From: Emiliania huxleyi CCMP1516
Taxonomy: Eukaryota
Assembly (NCBI RefSeq): GCF_000372725.1
Contig: NW_005201213.1
Span: forward strand, 62,001 to 126,000
Reading direction: 5' to 3'
DNA: 64,000 bases
Position numbers and translations under genes: made by a program. The number at the start of each line of letters is the position of its first letter. Position 1 is the first letter of the stretch. Of this stretch, positions 20,809 through 33,520 are shown piece by piece. The notes below the pieces were generated by a model. It did not search any database. It was not told where the DNA came from and saw nothing but the letters and a program-made list of their open reading frames with translations.

Positions 20809-22079
20809 TCAGCTGCGCGCCGGGCTCCGCGCCCGCCGCGTGCGTGTCGCCGAGGCCTGTTTGCCCGAGCTCGCGGCGCCGGCGCCCGCCGCACCACCGC
20901 CCTCCTGACTGCCCTCCTCGCGGAGGCGGGCGAGAAGCCGGTCGTTCGCCTTGAGCTGGTAGTAGAGCGTCTTCTTCTGGGCGTAGCACGCGCCGTCCGC
21001 CTCGAGGCTGTCGATGACCTCCTGCAGGAGGTGCGCGCGCTCCGCCTGGCAGCCGAGGTCGTTGTGCAGCCGTGTGAAGTGCACCTGCGGGGGGGGGGGG
21101 GGGGGGGGGCCCCTTCCCCCCAAAAGATTCTCCCCCCAGGGGGGGGGGGCGGTTTTTGTTGGAGGGCCAACCAAAGGGGGGAGGAACCACCCAAAGAGGA
21201 TCCCCCCGGCCCCCCCTGGAAAGGGGAAAACCCCGGCCGGGAGGGCCCAAACCCCCCCAGGGGGGGGGGTTCCACCCCCTACTTCTCCAAAAGGGGGCCC
21301 CCCCCCCGGCCCAAAATCCCCCAAAAAAACCGCAGGGGCCCCCCCGTCAGGTCGCGCAGGCTGCGGATGTCGCGCCGGTGGCAGATGGCGAGGCAGTAGA
21401 GGTCCTTGACGGCGGTGTGGCCGCGCCAAGACGCCCGCAGCTGCGGGTCGGCGGTGCACGGCGGGTGCGACTTCCACTTTGTGTCGACGTTGAGCAGGAA
21501 GCCGGTCGGCTCGGCCGGGTCGTTGAAGAGCACGCGCTCCGCCTCCTTGCTCAGGTCGAGGCACTTGTCGATCCACGAGGTCGACTTTGGGTCGAGCGCG
21601 TCGATGTACGGCGCGACGGCGGCGTGGTACAGCGCCGCCGTCTCGGTGACAAAGACGCCGGGCTGCGGGCGCGACCGTGCAATCTGCTTCTCGCTCGCCG
21701 GCGCGATCACCTCGAGTGCAAAAGCGGGCCGCTTCCACAGCACCGAGGCCAGGGAGGCCGAGCCGCGGTAGTAGGCGTACTCAGCGCCGCTGTAGGACGA
21801 GAGCGACGTCTCGAGATGCGCAGCGACGTCTGAGCTGGCCCGGTCGACGGCCGAGATCTTTACCAGCGCCCGCTCTCCGGCCGGCTGCCACGAGAAGGCA
21901 CCGAGCAGGACGGCATGGCCTTCGCCCTCGGAAAGCACCTCGCTCTGCTTGAAGGAGGAGAGATCGCGCAGCGAGGAGACGCCGCGTGCGCGCCGGAGCA
22001 GGTGGCGGATGGTGAGCGTGAGCGACACGACAGCCACAGTGAAGGTGGCGGCGTTCAGCGGGTTGTGTAGATCTAACAT
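20809..22079 (-). CDS. DCPS: m7GpppX diphosphatase (scavenger decapping enzyme); the HIT-motif region is corrupted in this assembly
   Basis: VIAPASEKQI...VTET..LY...W....L....E.ERVLF.D....GF....DTKW, YCLAICHRRDIRSLRDL, and C-terminal RAHLLQEVIDSL. Segment 21086-21345 is a homopolymer smear. Confidence 0.8.
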
Positions 22080-22245
22080 GCACATGCCCCCTCCAACTAC
22101 AGAAAAGTACTTGATTGAGGGTTGGCCGCTGCTGTGTATCTCGAGACCTCGAGAGAAGGGCCCCGCAGACACGGATTGGGTAAAACGGAACTCTGTGCCC
22201 GACGGCAACGCGGGGCCGTCCGCGGCGCAGGCCTTCAGCGCCCGA

Positions 22246-23000
22246 TGCGGCCCCCGCCATGGCTTGTCCTATGCGTGAGCCTCTATGGCGTAGCGCTTTT
22301 GCTGCCTCGACGATGCAGACGCCCCGCCGCCCTCCCCTTCGACTCCGCCGCTGGCACCAGGGGTATCCCGAGTGTGCGAGGACACGCCAGGTTGGGAACT
22401 TCTTGAGATTTATTGTCCGGCGGCAACATGTGATTGTGACTATATACGAACGATCCATTTTGCGGGGCAGCAAGTGTGCACTTCCGAGCTTGCCGCCGCC
22501 GGCATCCCACCAACGGGGACCAGCGGGACTCTATTCACGCACGAGTTTGGAAACCCCGAGCTCAACTGTTGCGGGTGCGGAAAGCAGGCTGGTACGAGCG
22601 TAAGCTCCACATGGCTTTGGGCGAATCAAACGTGCCCAGCCCTAGTCGCAGCGGGTGGTAGCCTGGACGCATGCCCTCGCTACCCTCTTGCCACGGCCGG
22701 GCTTGTGATGGATGGTGTCGAGGAGCTCTCCCCTGAGAAGATCACTCCTGGCTCGCAGTACCTATGTAATCTCAACTCTTGCAACTTCACTCGAGGCTTT
22801 TGGTGGTACAAGTCGCTAAATGTCTACCTCTTTGAGTGGCGCTCGGGCAACATCAGCGCAACGCCTGATGCCGCCACCTTGGTTTCTGGAGGCAAGGCTG
22901 GGATGGACGGCGTAGGAAAAGTGACGCTGTCAATGAACGCCAACGCAACGCTCTACTTTGTGGGTTGGCGCACTCTCGCGTGGGACGGTGCCGAGTTTCA
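22246..23000 (+). CDS. Possible Cys-rich secreted protein fragment upstream of and in frame with the kinesin
   Basis: Signal-like MRPPPWLVLCVSLYGVALLL, CEDTPGW and LNCCGCGK motifs. Exon structure is unresolved. Confidence 0.3.
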
Positions 23001-26000
23001 TGAGAGCGACCAATCAACCGTCCTGGTACGGACGGGCGATGGCGGGTTCCGACGCAACCGGGAGCAGCTGCCTGGGTCGCACCTGCACGGGCCGGATGCG
23101 GACCAGGAGTCCATCTACAGCGAGGTGGCTGTCCCCGTCCTTGAGTCCGTACTGCAGGGCTACAACGGCACGATCCTCGCATACGGCCAAACCGTGAGCG
23201 TGCTCCGCGAGCCGCCCCAGCCAGCGGGCCTGCTGCCGCCCACCGCAGTGTCGCTGCCTTCTGTAGGGGTCAGGGAAGACGTACACGCTACTCAATGGCG
23301 GGGGTGCTATTGCTCGCGCATCGAAGAGCGGGGGTGGTGGAAACTCGATGGCAGCCGTGGTTGCCTCCGCTGGCCTTGTGCCGCGGTTGGCGGCCGAGCT
23401 CTTCGTGGCCATCCAGTGCGACGTCCGCCACGTCTACAGCGTGTCAGCGAGCTTCTGCCAGATCTATAACGAGCAGGCGCGTCACGCAAAGGTGCGCGAA
23501 GCGCTCCCCGGCTCCACTTTATCATCTGTCGTTGCCCATAATTGCTGCAGGTTGATGACTTGTTGCGTCTGAAGAACAACAACCTCCGAATCAAGCCGAA
23601 GGGGGTCGGGACTGAGGTCGAAGGGCTGACGCGAACACGGTGCAACTCGGCCGAAGAGCTGCTGCAGCTCCTTGAGACCGGCCGTCGCAACATCATCTAT
23701 GCCGAAACCAAAATGAACAAATCTTCATCGAGATCGCACGCCGTGCTGCAAATGTACGTGACGCGCCGCGCTAGGATACTCGAGGGCCTCGGATCAAACT
23801 CCGGCCTCAGCGCGAGCCTCCGCTTGGGCGGCGACGTTCAGGCGACGCAGCTTACAGGAAAGCTCTCTCTCGTTGATCTTGCCGGTTCCGAACGCGTAAA
23901 GCGATCGGGCGCCGACGAGGAGAAGACTGGCAAGCGAATGAAGGAGGCGATCAACATCAACACGTCCCTCCTCGGCCTGTCCAACGTGATGAAGGCCCTC
24001 GGCCAGGCCGCGAGCCACGTGCCGTACCGTGACTCCAAGCTGACGCATCTGCTCTCTGACTCGCTCGGCGGCAACTGCCGCACGTCGCTCATTGTCTGCG
24101 CGAGCCAGGCATCGCTCGATGCATCGGAGACTACAGGTGCCCTCGACTTCGGCGCACGCGCCATGCAAGTCAAGGTGAGTGCCACCGTCAACTCCACGAC
24201 GGTGACTCTTGATGCCGCGGCCCTCGCAGACGACCTCTCGACGGCGATGCGCTTGCGTGCCGAGGGTGGCGTTGGAGGCCAGCTGCTGCAGCTGGAGGAC
24301 CAACTGAGACAGCGTGAGGATGCCCTCGGAAAGCTCACGCGGCAAGTAGCCGAGGCCGCTGCCGGTCGCGAGCGCGATCGAGCCGCGGCGGCAGCTGCGG
24401 CCGAGCAGAGCAACGCGGCACACAACGCGATGGTTGCGGAGCTCGAGCGAAAATTAGCAGCAGAGAGCGCGGCCGCAGCGGCGGAGCGGCAGCGCGCCGA
24501 GGCCGCGGCCAAGCGTGCTGAGGTTGCCGAGGGTCGTGCGGCGAGCGCTGCTGCCGAGGCGGCGTCGCTCCAGGCTGAGCTGTCATCCAAGGCGCTTGCC
24601 GAGGCAACAGAGCACGATGGGGCACTCAAGGCGCTAGAAATGGCGTGTGCTGCTGAAGCGGCTGCCGCGACGGAGGCTCGGCACCAAGCGGCCGCTGCAG
24701 CCGCCGATGGCAAGGTGCTCATACAGCGATTGCGCGAAGCGAACGCAGAGGCAGGCAGGGCACAGGCAGCCGCAGCCGTGGCGTCAGCGGAGACACGCGC
24801 GGCACTCGCTGCTCTGCTCGATGCAGATGCCGAGGTGGCGGGCGGGTGCGAGGAGGCGGCTGCGCGCATCACCCTGCTGCAAGAGGCGTGCGAGCTGCAG
24901 TCAACCTTGCGTGCGAGCGCTGAGACGGATCTGAGCAGCTCCAAGGCTGCGTGCCGCCGCCTCGAAGAAGAGCGCGATCGCTCGGACGCCGCGTTGCAGA
25001 GGGCGGAGCTGGCGCGAGACGGTGAGCGCACCGAGACGCAGGAGCAAACAGCGGAGCTCATCCGCTCCCGCGATGAGCTCGAGGCGGCGGCTGAAGGGCT
25101 CCATGCTACGGTTGCGTCGTTGCAGGGCCAGCTCTCCAACGCCGAGGGACGCGCAGCCGAGGAGGCGGCCGCCCGGCTGGAGCAAGTGCAGAGCCTTCGA
25201 CAGTCATACGACGAGGCACTCGCGAGGCTCGGCGTCTCGGAGGCCGAGGCCGAGGGGCTTCGCCAGCAATGCGACGAGGTATTGCGCGCCCTCGAGGAGT
25301 CGCGGCGCGCCCGGTTGGCGGAGGAGGCGACGCTGCGCACCGCGCTGGTGGAGCACGAGACGTCGCTCACCCGTGCGCTCGCCGATGCTCGTGCAAAGTC
25401 GAAGGCGCTCTCGGCGCTATTGGAGGCCCGCAAGGCGGAGAGTGAGCGGGCCGAGGGGCTCGCCAGCCGTGCGCACGCAGCGGAGGCGGCCTACGCTGCG
25501 AGCGAGGCGCGGGTGGGCGAGCTGGAGGCGTCGCTAGCTGGTGCGAGCGAGGAGCGAGCGCGGCTGCTTGAGGAGCTCGACGCGCTGACTATTGCGCGTG
25601 GCTTGGCTGACGGTCGGCTGACTGAGTCCGAGCTGGCGCGCGAAACAGAGGTGAGGAGCCTCGCCAGCTCTGCCGAGGCACGTGAAGCGGAGGCGCGGGC
25701 GTCGCTCGACGAGGCGCAGCGCACCGCTGCCGTCTACAAGCAGGAGCTCGAGGCAGCAGCGGCTGAGCAGCGGCGTTCCACCGAGGAGCTGCGCGCTCGG
25801 CTACAACGGGCGGCCCTCTTCGGTGCTGCGGCCGAGAAGCAGCGGCACGAACGGGCGGAGGCGGCGCGTGGCGTCGCGTCGGATGCCGCGTCGCGCGCCG
25901 CCCAAGCGCACGCGTCGTGGTCGGCCGCGCTGCACGCTCAAAAGACGGCGCTCTCGCGTGCGCTCGGCGACGCCAGAGCGGAGGAGATGCGCCACCTGCG

Positions 26001-26661
26001 CGAGATGCTGCTCACGGGTGTCTTGGCTGTCAAGCATGGCCGGAAGGGCAAGCCGCACCCGCGGCACATCCGGTGCGACCTGTCGCTCCGGCGGCTGGAG
26101 TGGGGTGCCTCAGCGGTGGCGCCCGCCGAGAAGTGCCTGCTAGCTGACGAGGTGGTCGCAATCACGCCCGGCCTGACGACCGACGTGGCGCGGCGAGGTG
26201 CGAAGGCGGGAAGCAAGGCGAGTGGCAAGGCCGGCGGGAGGGGCCGCAGCGCTGCGGACTTGCGCGACAACCTGTTCCTCTCTGTCGTCAGCCCCACCCG
26301 GACGCTCGACCTTGAGTTTCGGTCGGCAGAGCTACGTGATGCGTGGCTGGCCACTCTTCTCAAGTGGCGTGAGCACGTCGCTACCGGAGACCTCGCACCA
26401 ACGCGGCGGCAAGTTCGAGCCAGCTCACCGTCGGTGGCTTCCCTGCGCTCCGATGGTGACGTCGCTTACATCCCCGGGCCACAGTCCGATGAAGTGGGCC
26501 TTACAAAGCGCCCGTCGAGCGCTGGCAAGCGCGCCCTGCAACGCGCAGCCTCAGCTGTCGCTGTGGGCGGAGGGACGGGCGGCTCGACCGGCTCGCCGCC
26601 ACTTGGTCCTGCAAGGTCGGCCGACGTGGACGAGGCCATCGCGGAGGCTCTCGCAGAGTAA
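23001..26661 (+). CDS. Kinesin motor + long coiled coil + C-terminal PH domain (5' start uncertain)
   Basis: GYNGTILAYGQT|GSGKT, SSRSHA, DLAGSER and HVPYRDSKLT motifs. Introns 23194-23266 (GT-AG) and 23477-23550 (GC-AG). PH-like KHGRKGKPH...RTLDLE...RDAW. Confidence 0.9.
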
Positions 26662-26938
26662 GCACGCCACGGCATACTGTCCGCTTACGGCGGGCGCGTC
26701 CGAGGTCCGTCCCGTAGATTGCAGATCTTTCGTTTGACCCGGCACGCACTTGGATGGACTTCTCTCGTATGATACATTAATAAACAAAGGACGCATGATC
26801 GCGACTGGTGACACGCGCCGGCTGCGGCTCGGCCTCTGATGGCTCGGCCTCGCGCGCCGGCCGCTCCGCGCTCGGGCTCGGTCCACTTCGTGTGGGTCAA
26901 GAGTTTGAGCGTGGTCTCTGTGCGAGTCTGGCCCGCCC

Positions 26939-28113
26939 TCAGAGTTCAGCCTTCGCGGGACACGTGTCGCACGAAGCCGCGCACGCCTTGTGCATGTAGC
27001 CTGAAGCGCACGGGAACCCGCTCAGCCAACGGCCTCTCTCTCGGCCTCACCGTCACTAGCGTGAGGAAACGCGCCCGGGTTAGCGTCGCACTCGCCCGCA
27101 TCGGCCCACGCGCCGCACGCGTCGCTGTCGTCGGTACACGACCGCGGCGGTGGGGGCGGCGCGTGCACGGCGCTCGGGTCGGTGCCGTCGAGGCTATCGA
27201 TCGAGGCCTAAAACAAGAAAACGAGTGAGAAAAAGAAATACCGAGCGGCAGCGAGGCTGTCGATCGAGGCCATCTGCGCGGCCGACAGGTCGAAGGCAAA
27301 CAGGTCGAGCCCCTCCGCCATGTGGCGTCGCTTGGTGGAGCGAGGGATGACGGCGACGCCGTGCTGCAGCGCCCACCGCAGCGCCACCTGGGCGGTCGAC
27401 CTTCCCACCTCGGCCGCCACCGCGCCCAGCACCGGGTGGCGCAGCACCGGGTTGACGCGCACGCCACGGCCGGCCCACTGCGTGCCGAGCGTCGAGTACG
27501 CCTGGAAGAGGATGCCGTGCGCTCGGCACACCTCCCGCAGAGGCCGCTCCTGGTGCAGCGGGTCCATCCAGCTCTGCACGATGTGCGGCGGCGTACGCGC
27601 AAACCCGAGCAGCTGCTGGAGCTCGTCGGGCGAAAAGTTGGACACGCCGAGCGCACGCACCTGGCCCTGCTCATAGAGCGACTCGAGGGCGCGCCACGAC
27701 TCCCGCCAGGTGCCCTCGGGCTCGCGCCCGCCGCACAGGTCGCCAAAGCAGCGCGGGTAGTGCAGCAGAAACGCATCGATCGTCGACGTCTGCAGGTTGC
27801 GCAGCGACGCGGGGAACGCGCGGAGCGTGCTCTGCTCGCCGAGGTCCCGTGGGTGGAGCTTAGAGGTCAGGAACACAGCGGAGCGGTTCACGGACGACAT
27901 GGCGAGCGCCACGCCCAGCTCCTCCTCGAGGTACCACTCGCTCGCCTGCGAGGTGTCGAACAGCGCGTAGCCGAGCTCGAGCGCCTCGCCCAGCGGCTTG
28001 CGGCCGATGCGGCCGGCGCAGCCGTAGCCGACGAGCGGCATTCGCACGCCATTCGACAGCAGCGCCGACGTGGCTTGCCGCGTCGGATCTGTGCGGCTAC
28101 TCTCTCTCGCCAT
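26939..28113 (-). CDS. Aldo-keto reductase with C-terminal ShKT domain and terminal KAEL
   Basis: MPLVGYG, FDTS, FLTSKL, LLHYP, GVSNF, QAYS and IPRS motifs. GC-AG introns 27208-27270 and 27001-27074 give CTDDSDACGAWADAGECDANPGYMHKACAASCDTCPAKAEL*. Confidence 0.8.
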
Positions 28114-28193
28114 TCGTGTGCCGGAAGGGCTGGGGTGGGCGCGCTCGTGGCCGTGCTGGCCGAGATGTCGGGCTAACGAGTCCGTGTACCTAG

Positions 28194-28646
28194 GTACGAC
28201 TTCTGTGCGAGGAGTACCCGGCGCCGGAGAGGGTCGAGGGACAGAGCTACAACCCGTGCTACGACAAGTACACGCCCCGCGCGCTCTTCGAGGGCATGCA
28301 CAACGCGTGGACGCACTACCTCAACTCCCTCGTCCGGCTGCAGCGCATCTTCAAGCGGCTCAACGCGATCGGCAAGGCCGAGTTCCACATGCGCCATCCG
28401 CCGCCAGAGCCGGTGCGGCGAGAGATCGGCAACGGCGACGTCGATTACGACTACTCTATGCCGTCTCGCGTCTCCATCAACGGGACCGACTCGTTCATGG
28501 ACATCAGCAGCTACAAGACGTTTGTGGAGTACAACACGGACTGGGGCGTGACGGCCGACGACCTCCTCCCTCCCCCGCTCTTTCGGCTCGTCCGACTTCA
28601 TCGCAGGGGGACGGACGACGCCGGCTTTGATCTTGACGGCTACTGA
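28194..28646 (+). pseudogene. Orphan 3' exon of an unknown protein
   Basis: Begins after a CCTAG acceptor with coding-like codon usage (SYNPCYDKYTP...FDLDGY*). There is no room for upstream exons before the divergent reductase gene. Confidence 0.35.
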
Positions 28647-28651
28647 TCTCC

Positions 28652-31600
28652 ATGATGGCCGACGACTCTCAATCGTTCTCCCTCTGGATCGACGAGTTGC
28701 TGACCGGTGTCGACGACGGCGGCGACGGTGGCGGCGGGCTCGGCGGCGGGCACGGTGGTGAGGGCGGTGGTGGCGGCGGTGGCGGCGGCGGCGGCGACGG
28801 CGACCATGGTTGTGACGACTTGCCATCAACCTCTTGCTTGACGACAGCCTCCTCGTCTCCCTTTACTCCGACCTCGACGCCGCTGCCGCCGCCGCCTCAA
28901 GCGTGCTGGGGTGGCCTCCTCATGGGCGACTCGCTGCACTGTACAACGCTCCTGACGGGCGGCGACTTCCGGCGCATGTTCTGCACGCGCTGCCTCGAGC
29001 GCGGCGTCACCTTCCCCGCCGATCGAGTGCGGATCTGGTGCGCTGCCGGCAGTGCGCCACCCGCAAACACAAGGAGCCACGCCTTTTGGACGAAGCGGCT
29101 CGAGGGCGGGCCGCGCTTTCGCGTGGCCAACAATACGTCTCGCTGCAAGGGCCCACCCCTGTTGATCTTCGAGCACCCAACGAACGATGCATCCCAGCCT
29201 CCGTCGGCGTTGGCGATGGGATGGCGGCTTGCGCCTGAAGGCTCCTCGCTCTCTCCTTCTCCCTCGGGGTGGCCGCCGGGGTGCCTGGCCGCCGTCCCGC
29301 CAGAGTACCTCTCCCTCGACGGCCGAAGCATCACGCTGCACGTCAGCAACTCGACCCTTACCCCGGGAAAGAGGCAGCACACGGCCGGCGAGAGCCTCAG
29401 GACGGACAACGCGATGCTCACGTTCGGGCGCGCGAGAGCCAGAATGCGGGATGGTACAGCGCCGAGTGCCGAGGGTTAGTGACACACTTCACAGCGTAGG
29501 CGGGTGAGCGACCTCATCGGGCTGGAGATGGCCTCCCTTGCCGGCGCCGCCTCCCTCCCCCTCGACGAGCAGCGGGCTCGCTTCGGCGGCACCGCTGCCG
29601 AGCGGTTCGCGCTCCTTCAGCGGCTTCGGGAGGCGCTGGTCGGCGAGTTGCAGGGCCTCCCGGTCGCAGAGCTGCAGGGCCTCCTCGATCGCGTCGAGGC
29701 GGAGCTTCTGGCGGGTGGCGGCGGCACAGCGGCCGGGAGCTTGCCCTCTCCTGCGCCGTCGCCCCCAGAGCCAACGGCAGCGCCGATGCTCGACTTGCTG
29801 GGCGCTTCGACCGCCACGAGCGGAGCCGCGCCGCCCTCGAAGCTGTCCGAACGACAGGTTTGCTCATCCGCACGCCTTGCAACTTTAATGCCGTGGCGGC
29901 CCCTGCCTGTTACCTACCTTGTTGAGCCGCAGGGCTTGCTCGACCACGTCTCGCTCCCGTTGTCCCGCTCCCTGCCTCCGGTGGCACAGCTCTCCCGGGG
30001 CGCCGCCCTCATGCAGCGGCACCGCGCTGCCCCGTGGCTCCCGTGGCTTTTGGTGCTCGTGCAGTTCGCGCTCGACGCGACCTTGTATGGTGCGCGCTCA
30101 GAGGGAGCCTTGAACGGTCAGGTCGGTCTGCCCCGAGACGCCACTCTCTCGCCGCAGGTCTCGCCGAGAACGGGTCGCTCGACGGTGGCGTGTTCGGCCA
30201 CCGCACGTTACACGCAACTTCGCTCGGTGTTCTCGACTTCACCGGCGCCGGGTCGTGGGCGGGCGGCGAGGCTGAGGGCGCATCTCCTGCCGCCACTCTC
30301 GCCGCCACCGCCCTCGCCACCCTCGCCGCCACCGCCCTCGCCACCCTTGCCGCTTCCGCCCTCACAACCTCCGCCCTCTCCGCCGCCGCCCTTGCCGCCG
30401 CCGCCCTCGCCGCCTTCGCCCTCGCTGCCACCGCGCTCGCCGCTGCCGGACCGGGAGCGGCTGCCGCAACCACGTTTGACATAGCGGCCGTCTTCAGCGC
30501 GCGGCACTGGCGGCAGCTGCTGCCCCTCCCGGTGCGTTGCAGCGGGAAGAGACGCCGCTCACAGCCCGCAGCACTTGAGCGGTGCCCCTGCGGTGCCCCC
30601 TTTCCGCAGGTGTTCGCTGGTTCCCTCCTGGTGTGGCTGCCCCTGCTCGGGCCTCGGAGGGCCGCCTCGGACCCGCCGCCCCTCCCGCTCGTGCTTCTCT
30701 GGAGTGGTGACCCCCCCCCCCCCCCCCCCCGCTGCCTCCCCGAGTCCTCCCCCCGCCCCGCCTCTCCCCGCGCCCCTCCAAGGGAGCAGCTGTGGTGCCG
30801 ATGCATATGAGGCTGAGAGTGTGTCCATACACATACACACACATATTCCCGCCAGCCGGTTCGGCCCCCGTTCACCCCCGTGCCCGACGGTGTGATCTCG
30901 CAGGCCTCGCCCTGGCCAAGCTGTGTACTCCGGACGCGGGCTTGCCGACCGAGCAGGTGCAAGGGGGTAGATCTAGCAACATAGCGCCGCACCTCTGTCC
31001 GCCTCTGCTACCTCTTGCTTGTGCCACCCCTGTGCCACCCCTGTGGGCTTGCCCCTCCGGAGACTTTGGCATGCCCAGACCTCACGCCCGTATCTCACCC
31101 GCATCTCTCGCCCGTGCGCACAGGAGGGCTCCTCCGTCGCCCGCGGTGTCGTGCAGGCCGACTGCCTCTTCCGCCTCGTCCTCGTGCTGGGGGTGGTGTC
31201 GCGCCGCATCGGCACGTGGGAGTGGGTGCGCCATCTCGGCACCCGCTCTCGGCGTCATCCCCGCTGTATCTGGGCAGCATCTCGGCCGCATGCCGGCACG
31301 CCGTTTAAGCCCCAACTCGCGGGAAAGTGGCGCACGTGTGGCCGCCTCTCCTCCCGCCCCTTCCCCCGCGCTCCCCTCGACCTGCGGCTACCTGATGTGC
31401 TAGGCACGAATCGCCTACATGAGCTACGGGCTCGCGACCGCCGCCGCGTCGGGATACGCCCTCCACTGCCTCCGCCGCAGCGGCGCGGATGTCGCGGCCG
31501 CCGCCTTCCCGCCCCTCGGCGGCTCGTTCGCCGGCTCGCTCTCCTCTACGCGTGCAACCAATATGATTCCCGATGACCAGCATTCGTCGAGAGCGATAGG

Positions 31601-31784
31601 CTCGCTCCTCTACGCGGCGACGGTGTTCCTGATCGGCGCCGCGTGGCTCTCGCCAAAGGCGCGCGTCATGCTGCACGGTCTTATCCTGAGTCGGGCGGCC
31701 AGCCGCCGCTTGAAGTCGAGCTTGAAGCGCGTCGACGCTTTGCTGCGCGACTACCGACAGCTCGTCCACAGCCGCACAGCGTGA
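28652..31784 (+). CDS. Hypothetical multi-exon protein: Cys-containing N-terminal domain and hydrophobic C-terminal segments (possibly degenerate)
   Basis: Successive + strand ORFs (FCTRC...NNTSRCKGPPL, WLPWLLVLVQFALD, IGSLLYAATVFLIGAAWLSP). Splice structure is not resolved. Confidence 0.35.
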
Positions 31785-33005
31785 AGCCCCGCGGCGAGAG
31801 CTACCCCTCACAACTCACTTGCGACATGGGTCCGAATTTGCGCCGCCGGCGCGCGTAGGTTTCTGAGTTGTGTTCTGTCAGCGTTTTTTCTTCTCGGACG
31901 TAAAAGCAGTCTAGACCTCCCACCTACCCCGCACCTCTATCTCGCCAAACCAGCGTTTTCTTCTTGCTTGTGCTGGAGGATGCGGTGACCGACGGCGAGC
32001 AATGAAACTCTCCGGCTACGACGACGCGTGCGGTCACCCACGCCGCCAGCGTCTAGCTCGTGAGTGAGCTCGTGTTGCTGGCAACTGCTGCGACCTCGTT
32101 GCTTGCGCCGTGTACACGCACGTGCGTGTGTGTGGTACACAATGGTAGTGGATGGATGGATGGATGAACAGTGAACAGAACTCTATGCACTGGCTACGGA
32201 TCCTTTTTTGTTGCCAAGAAGTTTTTTGTTCCCGGCGGCACGGGACGCGGCCCAAACGGGGCACTGTTCTTCGTCGTTGGCGCTCGAGGCGTGCAAAGCG
32301 GTGTGCTCCAGCCTCCAAAATTGCAGAGCGATGGAGCATTGCGCCGGGAGCGGGTGTCAGGGAGAATGCCTGCTCTTCTCCTCCTCTGACTTTTGCGGAG
32401 GGTCGGTTTCGGTTCCCGCACAGCGAAATGAGCGACGCGGTAATAAAGCTCTGCGTGACATGCACATGCACGATCCCCACAAGGAACCCAGCACACGCCA
32501 CACCCACACCGAATGACGTCGACGAGGATACCATTCGCGCGCCTGCCTAGAAGTTTACAGCGCTGAAAAGTCCGAGCTCCGACCGTGACTGACCAGGGAT
32601 TCCGCCGCCGATTTTGATGAAGTTGAAGAGTCACCACGCAGTGCTCTTTTGGCCCCCGAGAACTTGTGGTCGAACTTCGAGCCATCCGATGGCGAAAAGC
32701 CCGTCCACGACTTGCGTGGCGACGGTTGTGACGGCCGAGTTCGTACGCAACCTGCACCGGCTGGCAGATACGTGGTCAGGCCCAATGCTCCCCTACATCG
32801 ATTAGCACGTGGCGGAAACGATTAGCAATCGACACATCCGCACCGAACCCACCCTCAGCGGGGCCTCGACACAAGGTTCCGGCTGCAGCTGGCGTTGCTG
32901 GGAGACGGCATGCCGGCAGTAGTGCACTGAAGTCGTGTGCTGCACTGAGAGATTTGCGCGGTGGCGGAGAGTGTCTGGCGGTGCCGATGCTTGTGTTCTC
33001 TTTTC

Positions 33006-33520
33006 GGAGCTGGGGCTTTGGAGACTTTGGCCGGCTGGGCCACGGCGAGCAGGACCATTCGCAACCGAAGAAGATCGAAGCCTTTGCTGGCCGGCGCGTC
33101 GTCGCTGTGTCGGCTTCGATCGAGCATAGCCTCGCGCTCACCGCCGACGGCGCCGTCTGGAGCTGGGGTGGTGGAGGCTCTGGCCAGCTGGGCCACGGCG
33201 ACCAGCAGCGCCAGCTGCTGCCGAAGAAGGTCGAGGCCTTTGCTGGCCAGTATGTCATCGCTGTGTCGGCTGGAGCATTTCACAGCATGGCAATCACCGC
33301 CGACGGCGCCGTCTGGAGCTGGGGCGGTGGATACATTGCCATGTTGGGCTATGGCGACCAGCAGCGCCAGCTGCTGCCCAAGAAGGTTGAGGCCCTTGCT
33401 GGCCAGCGCGTCGTCGCTGTGTCGGCTGGAGCATGGCACAGCCTCGTCATCACTTCCGACGGTGCCCTTGCGCTTCAGGCTACATGCACAAGGCGTGCGC
33501 GGCTTCGTGCGACACGCTGA
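33006..33520 (+). pseudogene. 5'-truncated RCC1-repeat gene fragment (left arm of inverted duplication)
   Basis: Three RCC1 repeats nearly identical to 42081-42600, with no F-box or start codon. Confidence 0.75.

Noticed and set aside
21086..21345. Homopolymer-rich segment replacing the DcpS HIT motif
   Set aside because: Its position matches the missing exon, and the runs look like low-quality read smear rather than biology.
30250..30480. Extensin-like SPPPP ORF
   Set aside because: Low-complexity GC repeat that is open in several frames, so the coding frame cannot be assigned.
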